From Coriobacteriaceae bacterium (GTDB lineage Bacteria > Bacillota > Clostridia > Lachnospirales > Lachnospiraceae): DNA of 64,000 nt. The notes under the pieces are model-generated. The model did no database searches and was not told where the DNA came from. It was given only the letters and a program-made list of their open reading frames with translations. The DNA is taken from assembly GCA_963649395.1 (NCBI GenBank), contig CAVJHW010000001.1, positions 241-64,240 of the forward strand, in the 5' to 3' direction. Shown here piece after piece: positions 31,323 through 40,489 of the stretch (within the stretch, counting starts at the first letter, position 1; every line of letters begins with the position of its first letter). Made by a program: the position numbers and the translations under genes.

Positions 31323-31990
31323 TTCCAAGAGGACGCTCTGACAGCCGCCCTACCAAACATTCATCTGATAAAACGGCTGTCCTAGTGTTCTTCTTTATTC
31401 AATTTTAATCCTCATATCTAATGAAACTTTGTTATTGTCGGCTACTGTCCATTCCCTGCCTCGTAAGACTTCTGTCCTTTCCTATGGAATCCAAGGTTCC
31501 TCACGGAATTCACTGCTTACTTAGAAAGTTCATATGATTCTCTATATAGATAATAAAAAGTTTTCAATCATAATTCTCCCATTATGATATCCCAACCGTT
31601 CTGACTTATAACCTCTTCATGCAGATTACTTCAAATGCACTATCGAAAATAAAAGACTCATACTTTGACTACCTGTACCTGCAATTCCGACTCATAAGAA
31701 AGAAGGGCTTTTCTCTTACCGTTTCTTTACACGGTTTGAAAAATCTTCCTATTATTGTTGTGGTATGTATTCAATACGAGTGCCAGCTTCATATTACCTT
31801 TTGCTTATCATCATCTCCACTGGATGACGATCCTCTTCGCATCTTCTTCTTAAAAGGTCTCTCTAGCGGGGAACTGCTGTGCAATACCACTCTCATATTG
31901 AAGGATAGATTCTGACTGTACCATTGGACCATACCTCCTTCTTTTATTTTCCTGATCTTCTTATCAGGTTCCCCTTGTCTCTCTTGGGTT
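31291..31990 (-). ncRNA. Putative large (~700 nt) structured non-coding RNA, family unidentified
   Basis: Bounded by a promoter and a terminator, with no long ORF. Has 5'/3' end pairing, long-range G-U-rich helices and GNRA/UNCG tetraloops (see findings). Confidence 0.72.
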
Positions 31991-31996
31991 GACTTT

Positions 31997-32025
31997 ATAA
32001 TAGCAGAAGTGGGATGATTTGTCAA
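31997..32025 (-). promoter_or_regulatory. Strong sigma-A promoter for the putative ncRNA
   Basis: Minus strand TTGACA-17-TATTAT with TG extended -10 and AT-rich upstream sequence. Confidence 0.8.
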
Positions 32026-32152
32026 CACTTTTTTGAAAAACATGTAAATATTTTTTGCTAACAGAAAAATAAAATAGGATGAAAATACGCAAATATATAT
32101 ACAATATAAAATATTCAGATAATAATAGGGAAAGAAGGGAGGGAGTTTTTAC

Positions 32153-32181
32153 TTGCAAAAGGAGTTTCCCTGTACTATACT
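32153..32181 (+). promoter_or_regulatory. Divergent sigma-A promoter for the sugar-binding protein gene
   Basis: TTGCAA-17-TATACT. Confidence 0.65.
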
Positions 32182-32214
32182 GAGGCAGAGTGAGGGAAAT
32201 GGAAAGGATATAAG

Positions 32215-33330
32215 ATGCAGGGAACGTCAAGAGGAAGAGTAAGAGGGATTCTGAGCCTTTGCCTGGCAGCATCAATCTGTACGGCCTGTGGGGGAGGTGC
32301 AGCTGAGTCCCTGTCCGGAAGTGAGGCGGTGGTTTCGGAGACCAGTATTTCCACAATGGAGCAGGAGATCACTCTGCCGGAGGATCAGAAGCTGACGGTG
32401 GATTATACCGATGTCACCGGCGTAGAGGTGGAGGCGGGTGCCAGTCTGGCCGTGGTGGTAAAGGGGCTGGACAGCAGCTACTGGAAGGCAGTGAAGGAGG
32501 GAGCTGCGGCAGCCCTTGATGCGATCAATGAATATCTGGGATACAGGGGATCGGATAAGGTTCAGATGACCTTCGAGGGACCGGCCAGTGACACGGATGT
32601 GGACACTCAGATCAATACCATAGATGCCGTATTGGCAGAGAATCCCACGGCTCTTTGCCTGGCGGCCATTGATAGGAATTCCTGTCAGGCCCAGCTGGAG
32701 AGCGCCCGGGAAAGTGAGATACCGGTGGTTATGCTGGATTCCGGTGTGAAGAGTGATCTGGCGGTATCTTCCTGCCTGACGGATAATGAGGCCGCAGGGG
32801 CTTGTGCGGCGCAGAAGCTTTGCCAGGCCCTTGGAGATTCGGGAGAGATCGCAATTGTGGCACATATGAAGAATACGCAGACAAGTGCGGACCGTGTGTC
32901 AGGCTTTCGGCAGGAGCTGGATCAGAACCATCCTCAGGTTTCCGTGGCGGAGATCCTCTACGAAAATGAGGATGAGACCCTGGCCGAAGCTTTGTCTTAT
33001 CTGCTGGAAGCCTATCCCGACTTAGATGGAATCTTCTGTACCAATGAGACTATGGCGGAGGAGACTCTGGATGTTCTTGCTGATAGGGAAAGAGAGGACA
33101 TTTCATTGGTTGGCTTTGACGCAGGCAAGAAACAGATCAATGCTATCCGGGAAGGCAGGGAATATGGAAGTGTCTGCCAGAATCCTTATGGTATGGGCTA
33201 TGTCTCTGTTATGGCAGCCCTTCGGGCGGCAGCCGGACAGACGGTGGATTCCTACATTGATTCGGGCTATCAATGGATTGACCAGACCAATATAGATCTG
33301 GAGGAAAATCAGAAATATTTGTACCAATAG
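32215..33330 (+). CDS. Sugar ABC transporter substrate-binding lipoprotein (RbsB-like), orphan
   Basis: Lipobox-like CTAC; YWKAVKEGA, TDNEAAG, LVGFDAG and QNPYGMGY motifs. Confidence 0.85.
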   Translation: MQGTSRGRVRGILSLCLAASICTACGGGAAESLSGSEAVVSETSISTMEQEITLPEDQKLTVDYTDVTGVEVEAGASLAVVVKGLDSSYWKAVKEGAAAALDAINEYLGYRGSDKVQMTFEGPASDTDVDTQINTIDAVLAENPTALCLAAIDRNSCQAQLESARESEIPVVMLDSGVKSDLAVSSCLTDNEAAGACAAQKLCQALGDSGEIAIVAHMKNTQTSADRVSGFRQELDQNHPQVSVAEILYENEDETLAEALSYLLEAYPDLDGIFCTNETMAEETLDVLADREREDISLVGFDAGKKQINAIREGREYGSVCQNPYGMGYVSVMAALRAAAGQTVDSYIDSGYQWIDQTNIDLEENQKYLYQ

Positions 33331-33336
33331 ACAGGC

Positions 33337-33370
33337 GGCTGGTTTAACGCGGAAGGTTAAACCAGCCTTT
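33337..33370. terminator. Terminator between convergent genes
   Basis: GGCTGGTTTAAC-gcggaag-GTTAAACCAGCC-TTT. Confidence 0.7.
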
Positions 33371-33396
33371 GCTGTTTGCAGAGAGAGATGATCTGG

Positions 33397-34335
33397 TCAG
33401 GGTTCGGAAGAGTGCTCTTCCTGATAGATGGCGGACACCTCCTGGGACAGTTGGTCACGGATATCTGTAAGGTCAGGAAGTCCAGATGGAGAGTCGGCCG
33501 GGGCTTGGGAAGAGGAGGAGTTGGCGGCCCCAGGTCTGGCTGTGCTTCCGGAGGAAGAAGAGGCAGGGGTCGATGTTCTCATTGGGCTTTTGCCGCCCTT
33601 ACTTTGCTCTTTGTTCCCCTTTTGACCTTTCGCTTTTTTGCTTTTGCTTTTCCGTGTCCTTCTTCGCTCTTTTTTTCTTCTCCTTCTCTGGTTTCTTCTT
33701 TCTTTCCTTCTTTTTCTTCTCTGTTTCTCTTTTTCCCTTTCTCTCTCGTTCTCAGATTGCCAAAGGTCTCGATCCCGCCAGGGCTTCAGCTGGACCAAGA
33801 TGCCCAGTGCAGCCAGCAGGAGAGTCACGAGAACCAGAATGAGAGGGTGATGGAGGCCGCAGAGCTGGCAGAAGAACCAAGCGGAAGCCCAGGCTCCTCC
33901 CAAGGCTGTGGCCAGGGATACGGTGAACCGTTCCTTGACCAGGGCAAATAGGCCGGCGCAGCATCCAACCAAGATGCAGATGATAAGGGTGGTTGGATTG
34001 TGGAAGGGAAGAAGCTTCCACACAAAGAAGCCGGCAAGCCCGCCGCACAGGAAGAAGAGTCCCAATCGATAGAGGAGAAAGGCAAGAAGAGCCCATAGAA
34101 AGCCCAGCCCCAAAGCCAGGCAGACGGCTAGCTTGCCGCTATATTGCTGGTGGATTGCCAAGGCTAACCCTCCCCCTGCTCCCAGGAGAAGGCCGAAGAG
34201 AACTCCCCACAGCTTCCGCAGTCGGTAGCCGAAGAAGCAATTCAGCAAAGCCAGCACTAAGCCCCCGATCCATAGATAGCGCTGAAAGCCCTCCAGAAGA
34301 TGCAATACTTCGTAAACAGTAGATAATCTATCCAT
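33397..34335 (-). CDS. DUF4203/TM7S3-TMEM198-like membrane protein with a basic tail
   Basis: LNCFFGYRL, TALGGA, about 7 TMs and an R/K-rich C-terminus. Confidence 0.65.
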   Translation of the reverse strand: MDRLSTVYEVLHLLEGFQRYLWIGGLVLALLNCFFGYRLRKLWGVLFGLLLGAGGGLALAIHQQYSGKLAVCLALGLGFLWALLAFLLYRLGLFFLCGGLAGFFVWKLLPFHNPTTLIICILVGCCAGLFALVKERFTVSLATALGGAWASAWFFCQLCGLHHPLILVLVTLLLAALGILVQLKPWRDRDLWQSENEREREKEKQRRKRRKERRNQRRRRKKERRRTRKSKSKKAKGQKGNKEQSKGGKSPMRTSTPASSSSGSTARPGAANSSSSQAPADSPSGLPDLTDIRDQLSQEVSAIYQEEHSSEP

Positions 34336-34372
34336 AATTGTCCTCCAGGTTCAGTCATCGGTGGATGACCGG

Positions 34373-34891
34373 TTATTGGTTGCGGATCAGAATTCCAAGT
34401 TGGTTCAGTTCCTCACAGACTCTTTGATAGCTTTCGTCATCCGGACATTCCAGGGTATGCAGGTGAATGTCATTGGTCAGTTCGCAGAGGGAGTGGGCCT
34501 TATTTTTCTCAAAAAGCTCGATGAATTGCCGCACGTCATACCGGGTAGACAGGAGCAGCTCTCCCGTAAGCTGCCCATAGAGGGGGTGTTCTACGATAAC
34601 ATTGAGCACCCGGCAGCCGTTGTCCACGCAGATATTGAGTTCGGTTTCCGTTTGTCCGGAGGCGTGCTTGCAAGCGATGGTGCGTATGTTTTTAGAAGGG
34701 GAATTATGCTGGTATAGGTAGCCCCGGGGACTGGCATAGATGGAATGCCCCTGGGCCCTGAGGAGGGCAATGTCCCCTACAATGATCTGGCGGCTGACCT
34801 GGAAGCTTGCGGCCAGCCAGGAGGCGCTTAAGGGTTTGTCGCTTTCCTTCAACAGGATAATGATTTGTTGACGTCTTTCCTCTGCTTTCAT
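34373..34891 (-). CDS. niaR: Niacin-responsive repressor NiaR (HTH_11 + 3H domain)
   Basis: VSRQIIVGDIALLR, VEHPLYG and IHLHT motifs. Confidence 0.88.
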   Translation of the reverse strand: MKAEERRQQIIILLKESDKPLSASWLAASFQVSRQIIVGDIALLRAQGHSIYASPRGYLYQHNSPSKNIRTIACKHASGQTETELNICVDNGCRVLNVIVEHPLYGQLTGELLLSTRYDVRQFIELFEKNKAHSLCELTNDIHLHTLECPDDESYQRVCEELNQLGILIRNQ

Positions 34892-35051
34892 GGTAGGAAC
34901 CCCTCCATCCTAATCAAATATCCTTTGCGGCGGCAGCCGTGCGGGAAGTTACGCGTTGCTTGGTAAGGAGTGTATCACATTTTCCATGGAAAAGGAATCT
35001 CCAAACTCACTGGTTTAGCTGCTTTTCTGACTGCCCTAGCTTCCTTTGACC

Positions 35052-35079
35052 TTGACATCTCATATTTTATTGCTATAAT
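35052..35079 (+). promoter_or_regulatory. sigma-A promoter for the transporter gene
   Basis: TTGACA-16-TATAAT with TG extended -10. Confidence 0.7.
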
Positions 35080-35085
35080 GAAGAG

Positions 35086-35097
35086 GTGTCTTGACAC
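35086..35097. promoter_or_regulatory. Probable NiaR operator
   Basis: Palindrome GTGTC-TT-GACAC at the transcription start, next to divergent niaR. Confidence 0.7.
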
Positions 35098-35192
35098 ATG
35101 ATTTGACATATATGGGGTTGGGCGCATGTATGGAAAATACCCATGGCGGCTAGGGCCGCCTCCACTACGAAGGAAAGTCAGGAGAGCAGAGT

Positions 35193-36287
35193 ATGAGTGG
35201 TTTTAAGGCATTTTTAAAGAAGAAGAATATTATTTTCTCTGTAAAGAGGTATGGGGTGGACGCTTTGGGGGCGATGGCGCAGGGCTTGTTCTGTACCCTT
35301 CTGATTGGTACGATTCTGAATACCCTTGGGACTTCCTTTGGTATCGGGATCTTTACCATGGCGGTCTGCACCATCCATGATACTGCTTATACCGTGGGAG
35401 CCCTGGCTTCGGCTATGGTAGGACCGGCCATGGCAGCAGCGATCGGTTATGCCCTTCAGGCACCGCCTTTGGTGCTTTTCTCCCTGATCCCGGTGGGATA
35501 TGCGACCAATATTATCGGCGGTGCCGGTGGCCCCCTGGCGGTTCTGGTGGTAGCGATTGTAGCATCAGAATGTGGGAAATTGGTTTCCAAAGAGACCAAG
35601 GTGGATATTCTGGTCACTCCCATCGTGACCATTCTGTCCGGAGTAGGGATTGCGGCCTTGGTGGCGGCTCCTATCGGCTCCGCCGCTTCTGCCTTTGGCC
35701 AGATGATCATGTGGGCGACGGAATTGCAGCCCTTCCTGATGGGGATCCTGGTTTCCGTAGCAGTAGGCGTGGCTTTGACCCTGCCCATCTCCTCGGCGGC
35801 TATTTGTGCGGCCTTGGGTCTCACCGGATTGGCCGGTGGAGCAGCGGTGGCGGGCTGCTGCGCTCAGATGGTGGGATTTGCGGTTATGTCCTTCCGGGAA
35901 AATGGAGTAGGCGGCCTTGTATCCCAGGGAATTGGAACCTCCATGCTGCAGATGCCCAATATTGTCAAGAATCCAAGAATATGGATTGCCCCCACTTTGG
36001 CTTCTGCCATCACAGGCCCATTGGCTACGTGCGTATTTAAGCTGACTATGAATGGGTCACCGGTTTCCTCCGGCATGGGGACCTGTGGTTTGGTAGGTCA
36101 GATCGGTGTATATACCGGCTGGCTCAACGAGATCACGGAAGGGACAAGGGAAGCCATCACCGCCTTTGACTGGACAGGTCTTATTCTGATCTGCTTCCTA
36201 CTTCCGGCCCTCCTGAGCAGCCTTTTCTGTCAGATGGAACGGAAGGCAGGCTGGGTGAAGGAGGGGGATCTGAGACTTCCCCAGTAA
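35193..36287 (+). CDS. PTS_EIIC_2/PfoR-like membrane protein, candidate niacin transporter (NiaY-like)
   Basis: DALGAMAQGLFCTLLIG, LTLPISSAA and QGIGTSMLQ motifs; NiaR context. Confidence 0.7.
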   Translation: MSGFKAFLKKKNIIFSVKRYGVDALGAMAQGLFCTLLIGTILNTLGTSFGIGIFTMAVCTIHDTAYTVGALASAMVGPAMAAAIGYALQAPPLVLFSLIPVGYATNIIGGAGGPLAVLVVAIVASECGKLVSKETKVDILVTPIVTILSGVGIAALVAAPIGSAASAFGQMIMWATELQPFLMGILVSVAVGVALTLPISSAAICAALGLTGLAGGAAVAGCCAQMVGFAVMSFRENGVGGLVSQGIGTSMLQMPNIVKNPRIWIAPTLASAITGPLATCVFKLTMNGSPVSSGMGTCGLVGQIGVYTGWLNEITEGTREAITAFDWTGLILICFLLPALLSSLFCQMERKAGWVKEGDLRLPQ

Positions 36288-36348
36288 GGGTCTATCTTGC
36301 ACGCTGTCCGGCACCACCTTGCAGGAAAGCCAGTGCTGCACTTTGTTT

Positions 36349-36376
36349 GGCTCGGGTCCTAGGCCCGAGCCTTTTT
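36349..36376 (+). terminator. Intrinsic terminator
   Basis: GGCTCGGG-tcctagg-CCCGAGCC-TTTTT. Confidence 0.75.
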
Positions 36377-36560
36377 GACGGGTTTTTCGAACTAGTGCAC
36401 AAAAGCCCCCCCTGATTTTTTTGGAATTTCTGGTTGCTGATTTTACGTAAACCGATTACAATAGAATCGACGACAAAGAGTGTCACGAACCGGCAGGGGA
36501 AGAAGGGGAATTCCTCAGGGGTTGGTGGCTTTTGATGATATACAGGGGAGCAGTATTATC

Positions 36561-39014
36561 ATGAAAAAATTTTTCTGCAGGGCGGGCATATTGGCCGGTG
36601 TATTTGTGGTGGGAGTACTTATTTTCAGCCACCTTCTGAACAGGAAGGAAGCGACGAATACCAAGGAGATGGAGGCTCCGGTATTGCCGGTGATGTATAT
36701 GAAGGTGGCGGATACCACTGTGAATCGGATGGAGGGTTACCGCCAGGAGGTGGAGGAGGCCACAGAGAGGGAGAGCCTGACCCTTTTGCCGACGGATCGC
36801 AGCCTGACCCTGGAGATACAAGCTTACGATTGCAAGATCCGGGGCATTGCTTATCAGGTCACCTCCTTGACGGACGGTTCCCTGGTGGAGAATGGGAAGA
36901 TTAAGAATCTGGCAGAGGAGGGCAGCCTTCAGACGGCGGATTTTCAGCTGGAGACACCGATTCTTATGAATCAGGAATATATGCTTCGCTTTTCCGTGGA
37001 CATCGGAGAGGAGACTCCAGTATATTATTATACCAGGCTGGTACAAAGGGGTGCTTTGAACGTCAGTGCCTATCTGGAATTTGTACAGGATTTCTACGAG
37101 ACCTGTTTGAATAAGGACAATGCCAAACAGTTGGCCTCGTATCTGGAGTCAGACAGCTCAGCCAGTAATCGCAGCTTCCATACCGTTACCATTCGTTCCA
37201 GTCTGGACCAGGTGACCTGGGGCAGCTTGTCGCCTGTATTGGTGAAGAAGGCGGTGCCGACCATTAAGGAAGCCAATGACGTTACTGTCAGCATCTCCAT
37301 GGAATATCTAATCAGTGCCCAGGACTCGGAGGATCATACGGAATACTATACGGTGCAGGAATTCTACCGGATGCGAACCTCCCAGGGGCAGATCATCCTC
37401 CTGGATTTTGAGAGAACGGCGGAGCAGATCTTTGATGGGAACCTGTCCGTATTGACGGATTCTGGCATCAACCTGGGTGTGGTAGGCAAGGATGTCCAAT
37501 ATGTCAGCAATCAGAGCGCGGATATGGTGGCCTTTGTGACGGCAGGTGAGCTTTGGCTCTACAATCGCAGTGCCAACAAGGTGACCAGACTCTTTGGTTT
37601 CCGCAGCGGCAGCCAGGCAGATGAGAGAACAGAGAATCTGGATTACGACATTCAGATTTGTCGGGTGGACGAGACGGGAGATACCTCCTTTGTGGTATAT
37701 GGATATATGAGTGCCGGTGATCACGAGGGAAGGCTGGGATTGTCTGTATATAACTACAATGCGGAACAAAATGTGGCGGAGGAGAGACTCTTCCTGCCCC
37801 TGTCCGTCGGTTGGGAGGTTGCCAAGCAGAATCTCTCCCAATTAACCTATGTGAATTCGGCCGATCAGCTCTATCTCTATCTGGGGGATTCCCTCTATCA
37901 GGTGAATGTGCAGGACGCTTCCTGCACCCGGCTGCAGGAGGGTATGAATCCAGATTGCTTTGTGACATCGGAGAGCCAGAAGAGTTTGGCCTGGATGGAG
38001 GAGATGGAGGAAAATGGCTCTTCCCGGGTGACGGTGATGAATCTGGAAACCGGGGAGACCATGGAGGTATCCGCCTCTTCCGGTGAGCGGATCAAGGCCC
38101 TGGGCTTTATCAATGAAGATTTTATCTATGGGCTGGCCAAAGAGGAGGATATTGTAAGCGATTCTGCAGGTAATGTTACCTTCGCCATGTACAGGATCTG
38201 CATTCAATCCATCAAGGGTCAGGTGGAGAAGGAATACCAAAGGGAAGGCATTTATGTAACCCACGTGATCCTCAAGGAGGGCTTGCTGGAGCTGGAGCGG
38301 GTCAGCCGCGGCGAGACCGGATTCCAGACCATAGAAAATGATCATATTATGAATAATGTGCAGGCTGCAGAGGATAGTATTTCTGTCCGGCTGACGGTCA
38401 GCGAGCGCAAGGGAACTCAGGTGGTCCTGGATTTCACAGTAAGCGGAACTACCAAGAACCTCCTGTCCCTGAAAAGCCAATACCTTGTCCAGGATCAAGT
38501 GCCGCAGGCCCAGGTGGAATTCTCGGGGATTGGCGAAAATACCTATTACATCTATGGAAAGGGTCATCTCCAGGGAATGACCTCCAAGGTCAACGAGGCC
38601 ATTCAGGAGGCAGATGACCAGGTGGGAGTTGTATTGAACGGACGTCAGCAATATATCTGGGAGCGAGGCAATGTGGAGAGCTCCATCACCCTGGATGTAG
38701 CCACCTTGCCGACGGAGATCCTTCAAGCACCCTTGGATGAGACCTGGCTTCAGCAAGCTTTGGGTGACTCCTATACCGTCCTGAATCTCAGCGGATGCAG
38801 CCTGAGCAGCCTGCGCTATCAGATCAGCAATGGTTATCCGGTGGTGGCCAAGGTATCGGATACGGGAACCACCCTGATGGTGGGTTATGATATATACAAT
38901 GTCTGGCTGTATGACGCAGCCACGGGGAATGTGTCAGCCATGGCTCTGGAGGACGCAGAAGCCCTGTTTGCTTCCGCAGGCAATATTTTCGTGAGCTATC
39001 GGGAGGCAGCATGA
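36561..39014 (+). CDS. Membrane-anchored extracellular hypothetical protein (probably beta-rich)
   Basis: Long ORF with host-like codon usage, N-terminal TM after MKK, and SD AGGGGAG. Confidence 0.8.
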   Translation: MKKFFCRAGILAGVFVVGVLIFSHLLNRKEATNTKEMEAPVLPVMYMKVADTTVNRMEGYRQEVEEATERESLTLLPTDRSLTLEIQAYDCKIRGIAYQVTSLTDGSLVENGKIKNLAEEGSLQTADFQLETPILMNQEYMLRFSVDIGEETPVYYYTRLVQRGALNVSAYLEFVQDFYETCLNKDNAKQLASYLESDSSASNRSFHTVTIRSSLDQVTWGSLSPVLVKKAVPTIKEANDVTVSISMEYLISAQDSEDHTEYYTVQEFYRMRTSQGQIILLDFERTAEQIFDGNLSVLTDSGINLGVVGKDVQYVSNQSADMVAFVTAGELWLYNRSANKVTRLFGFRSGSQADERTENLDYDIQICRVDETGDTSFVVYGYMSAGDHEGRLGLSVYNYNAEQNVAEERLFLPLSVGWEVAKQNLSQLTYVNSADQLYLYLGDSLYQVNVQDASCTRLQEGMNPDCFVTSESQKSLAWMEEMEENGSSRVTVMNLETGETMEVSASSGERIKALGFINEDFIYGLAKEEDIVSDSAGNVTFAMYRICIQSIKGQVEKEYQREGIYVTHVILKEGLLELERVSRGETGFQTIENDHIMNNVQAAEDSISVRLTVSERKGTQVVLDFTVSGTTKNLLSLKSQYLVQDQVPQAQVEFSGIGENTYYIYGKGHLQGMTSKVNEAIQEADDQVGVVLNGRQQYIWERGNVESSITLDVATLPTEILQAPLDETWLQQALGDSYTVLNLSGCSLSSLRYQISNGYPVVAKVSDTGTTLMVGYDIYNVWLYDAATGNVSAMALEDAEALFASAGNIFVSYREAA

Positions 39015-39067
39015 AATAGTAGGAAGCAGGCGACGGCCCGACAGGGCGGAAGGGAATAGGTGACAGC

Positions 39068-40462
39068 ATGGAGCACTTGACAACAGTGAGGGAGATCTAC
39101 AGGGAGCCGGATCGGTATTTGGGCCAGTCTCTTAGGGTAGGGGGCTGGGTGCGAAGTATCCGGGATTCCAAGAACTTTGGCTTCCTGGTTCTGCATGATG
39201 GTTCGTTTTTTGATACCTTGCAAGTGGTATATGAGGATAAATTGGACAATTTTGCGGAGATCTCCCGGCTGAATGTGGGGGCGGCTGTTCTGGTGAGGGG
39301 GCAGCTGGTGGCAACCCCCCAGGCGAAGCAGCCCTTTGAGATCCAGGCGGAGGAGATTCGATTGGAGGGACCTTCCGCAGGAGACTATCCCCTGCAGAAG
39401 AAGAGGCATTCCCTGGAATATCTTCGGACAATATCCCATCTGCGAGCCAGAACCAATACCTTCCAGGCAGTTTTTCGGGTTCGGTCCCTGATCGCCTATG
39501 CGATTCATACTTTTTTTCAAGAGAGGGGCTTTGTCTATGTCCATACTCCCTTGATCACAGGCAGCGATTGCGAGGGAGCGGGGGAGATGTTCCAGGTGAC
39601 AACCCTGGATCTGAGCCGGGTACCCAAGGGGGAGGCGGGGGCTGTGGACTATAGTCAGGACTTCTTCAAGAAGAAGACCAGCCTGACGGTCAGCGGGCAG
39701 CTGAATGGGGAGACCTTTGCCCAGGCCTTTCGGAAGATCTATACCTTCGGACCTACCTTTCGGGCAGAGAATTCCAATACCACCCGTCATGCGGCGGAGT
39801 TCTGGATGATTGAGCCGGAGGTGGCCTTTGCCGATCTGGAGGATAATATGGAATTGGCGGAGGATATGTTGAAATATATCATCCGCTCTGTATTGGAAAA
39901 GGCTCCGGAGGAGATGCATTTCTTCCAATCCTTTGTGGACAAGACCTTGCTGGACCGCCTGCGGCATGTGGAAGAGTCGGATTTCGGCCGGGTGACCTAT
40001 ACGGAGGCCATAGATCTCTTGGAGCCCCACAATGGGGAATTTACCTATAAGGTCTCCTGGGGCTGTGACCTGCAGACGGAGCATGAGCGCTATCTGACAG
40101 AGAAAATCTTCCAAAAACCGGTTTTTGTCACAGATTATCCCAAGGAGATCAAGGCTTTCTACATGAAGCAGAATCCGGACGGGAAGACGGTGGCGGCCAT
40201 GGATTGTCTGGTACCGGGGATCGGGGAGATCATCGGAGGAAGCCAAAGAGAAGAGAATTACGACAAGCTGGTTGGCCGCATGGAGGAGCTGGGGATGAAT
40301 CCCCAGGAATATAACTTCTACCTGGATTTGCGTCGTTATGGGACGACTCGTCATGCAGGCTTCGGCCTGGGATTTGAACGCTGTGTCATGTACCTGACCG
40401 GCATGGGGAATATTCGGGATGTGATCCCCTTCCCCAGAACCGTGGGGAATTGTGAATTGTAA
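39068..40462 (+). CDS. asnS: Asparagine--tRNA ligase
   Basis: [28 protein letters not shown] and GFGLGFER motifs. Confidence 0.97.
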   Translation: MEHLTTVREIYREPDRYLGQSLRVGGWVRSIRDSKNFGFLVLHDGSFFDTLQVVYEDKLDNFAEISRLNVGAAVLVRGQLVATPQAKQPFEIQAEEIRLEGPSAGDYPLQKKRHSLEYLRTISHLRARTNTFQAVFRVRSLIAYAIHTFFQERGFVYVHTPLITGSDCEGAGEMFQVTTLDLSRVPKGEAGAVDYSQDFFKKKTSLTVSGQLNGETFAQAFRKIYTFGPTFRAENSNTTRHAAEFWMIEPEVAFADLEDNMELAEDMLKYIIRSVLEKAPEEMHFFQSFVDKTLLDRLRHVEESDFGRVTYTEAIDLLEPHNGEFTYKVSWGCDLQTEHERYLTEKIFQKPVFVTDYPKEIKAFYMKQNPDGKTVAAMDCLVPGIGEIIGGSQREENYDKLVGRMEELGMNPQEYNFYLDLRRYGTTRHAGFGLGFERCVMYLTGMGNIRDVIPFPRTVGNCEL

Positions 40463-40489
40463 GAAAAAGGACAGGGGTGGGGAGAAGAG

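Noticed and set aside
31291..31990. Identifying the RNA as RNase P, tmRNA, 6S, SRP, a T-box leader, a group I/II intron or a CsrB-like GGA sponge
   Set aside because: No GAGGAAAGUC RNase P core, tRNA-like ends, T-box sequence or intron domain V was seen, and the size is wrong for 6S/SRP. The GGA count (~18) is about what base composition predicts.
31619..32043. ORFs 31619..31915 (+) and 31789..32043 (-) as proteins
   Set aside because: No usable RBS and no recognisable motifs. The minus-strand ORF starts upstream of the promoter. Both are better explained as chance ORFs in the RNA locus.
39015..39067. T-box riboswitch before asnS
   Set aside because: The intergenic gap is only ~53 bp and has no T-box motif.
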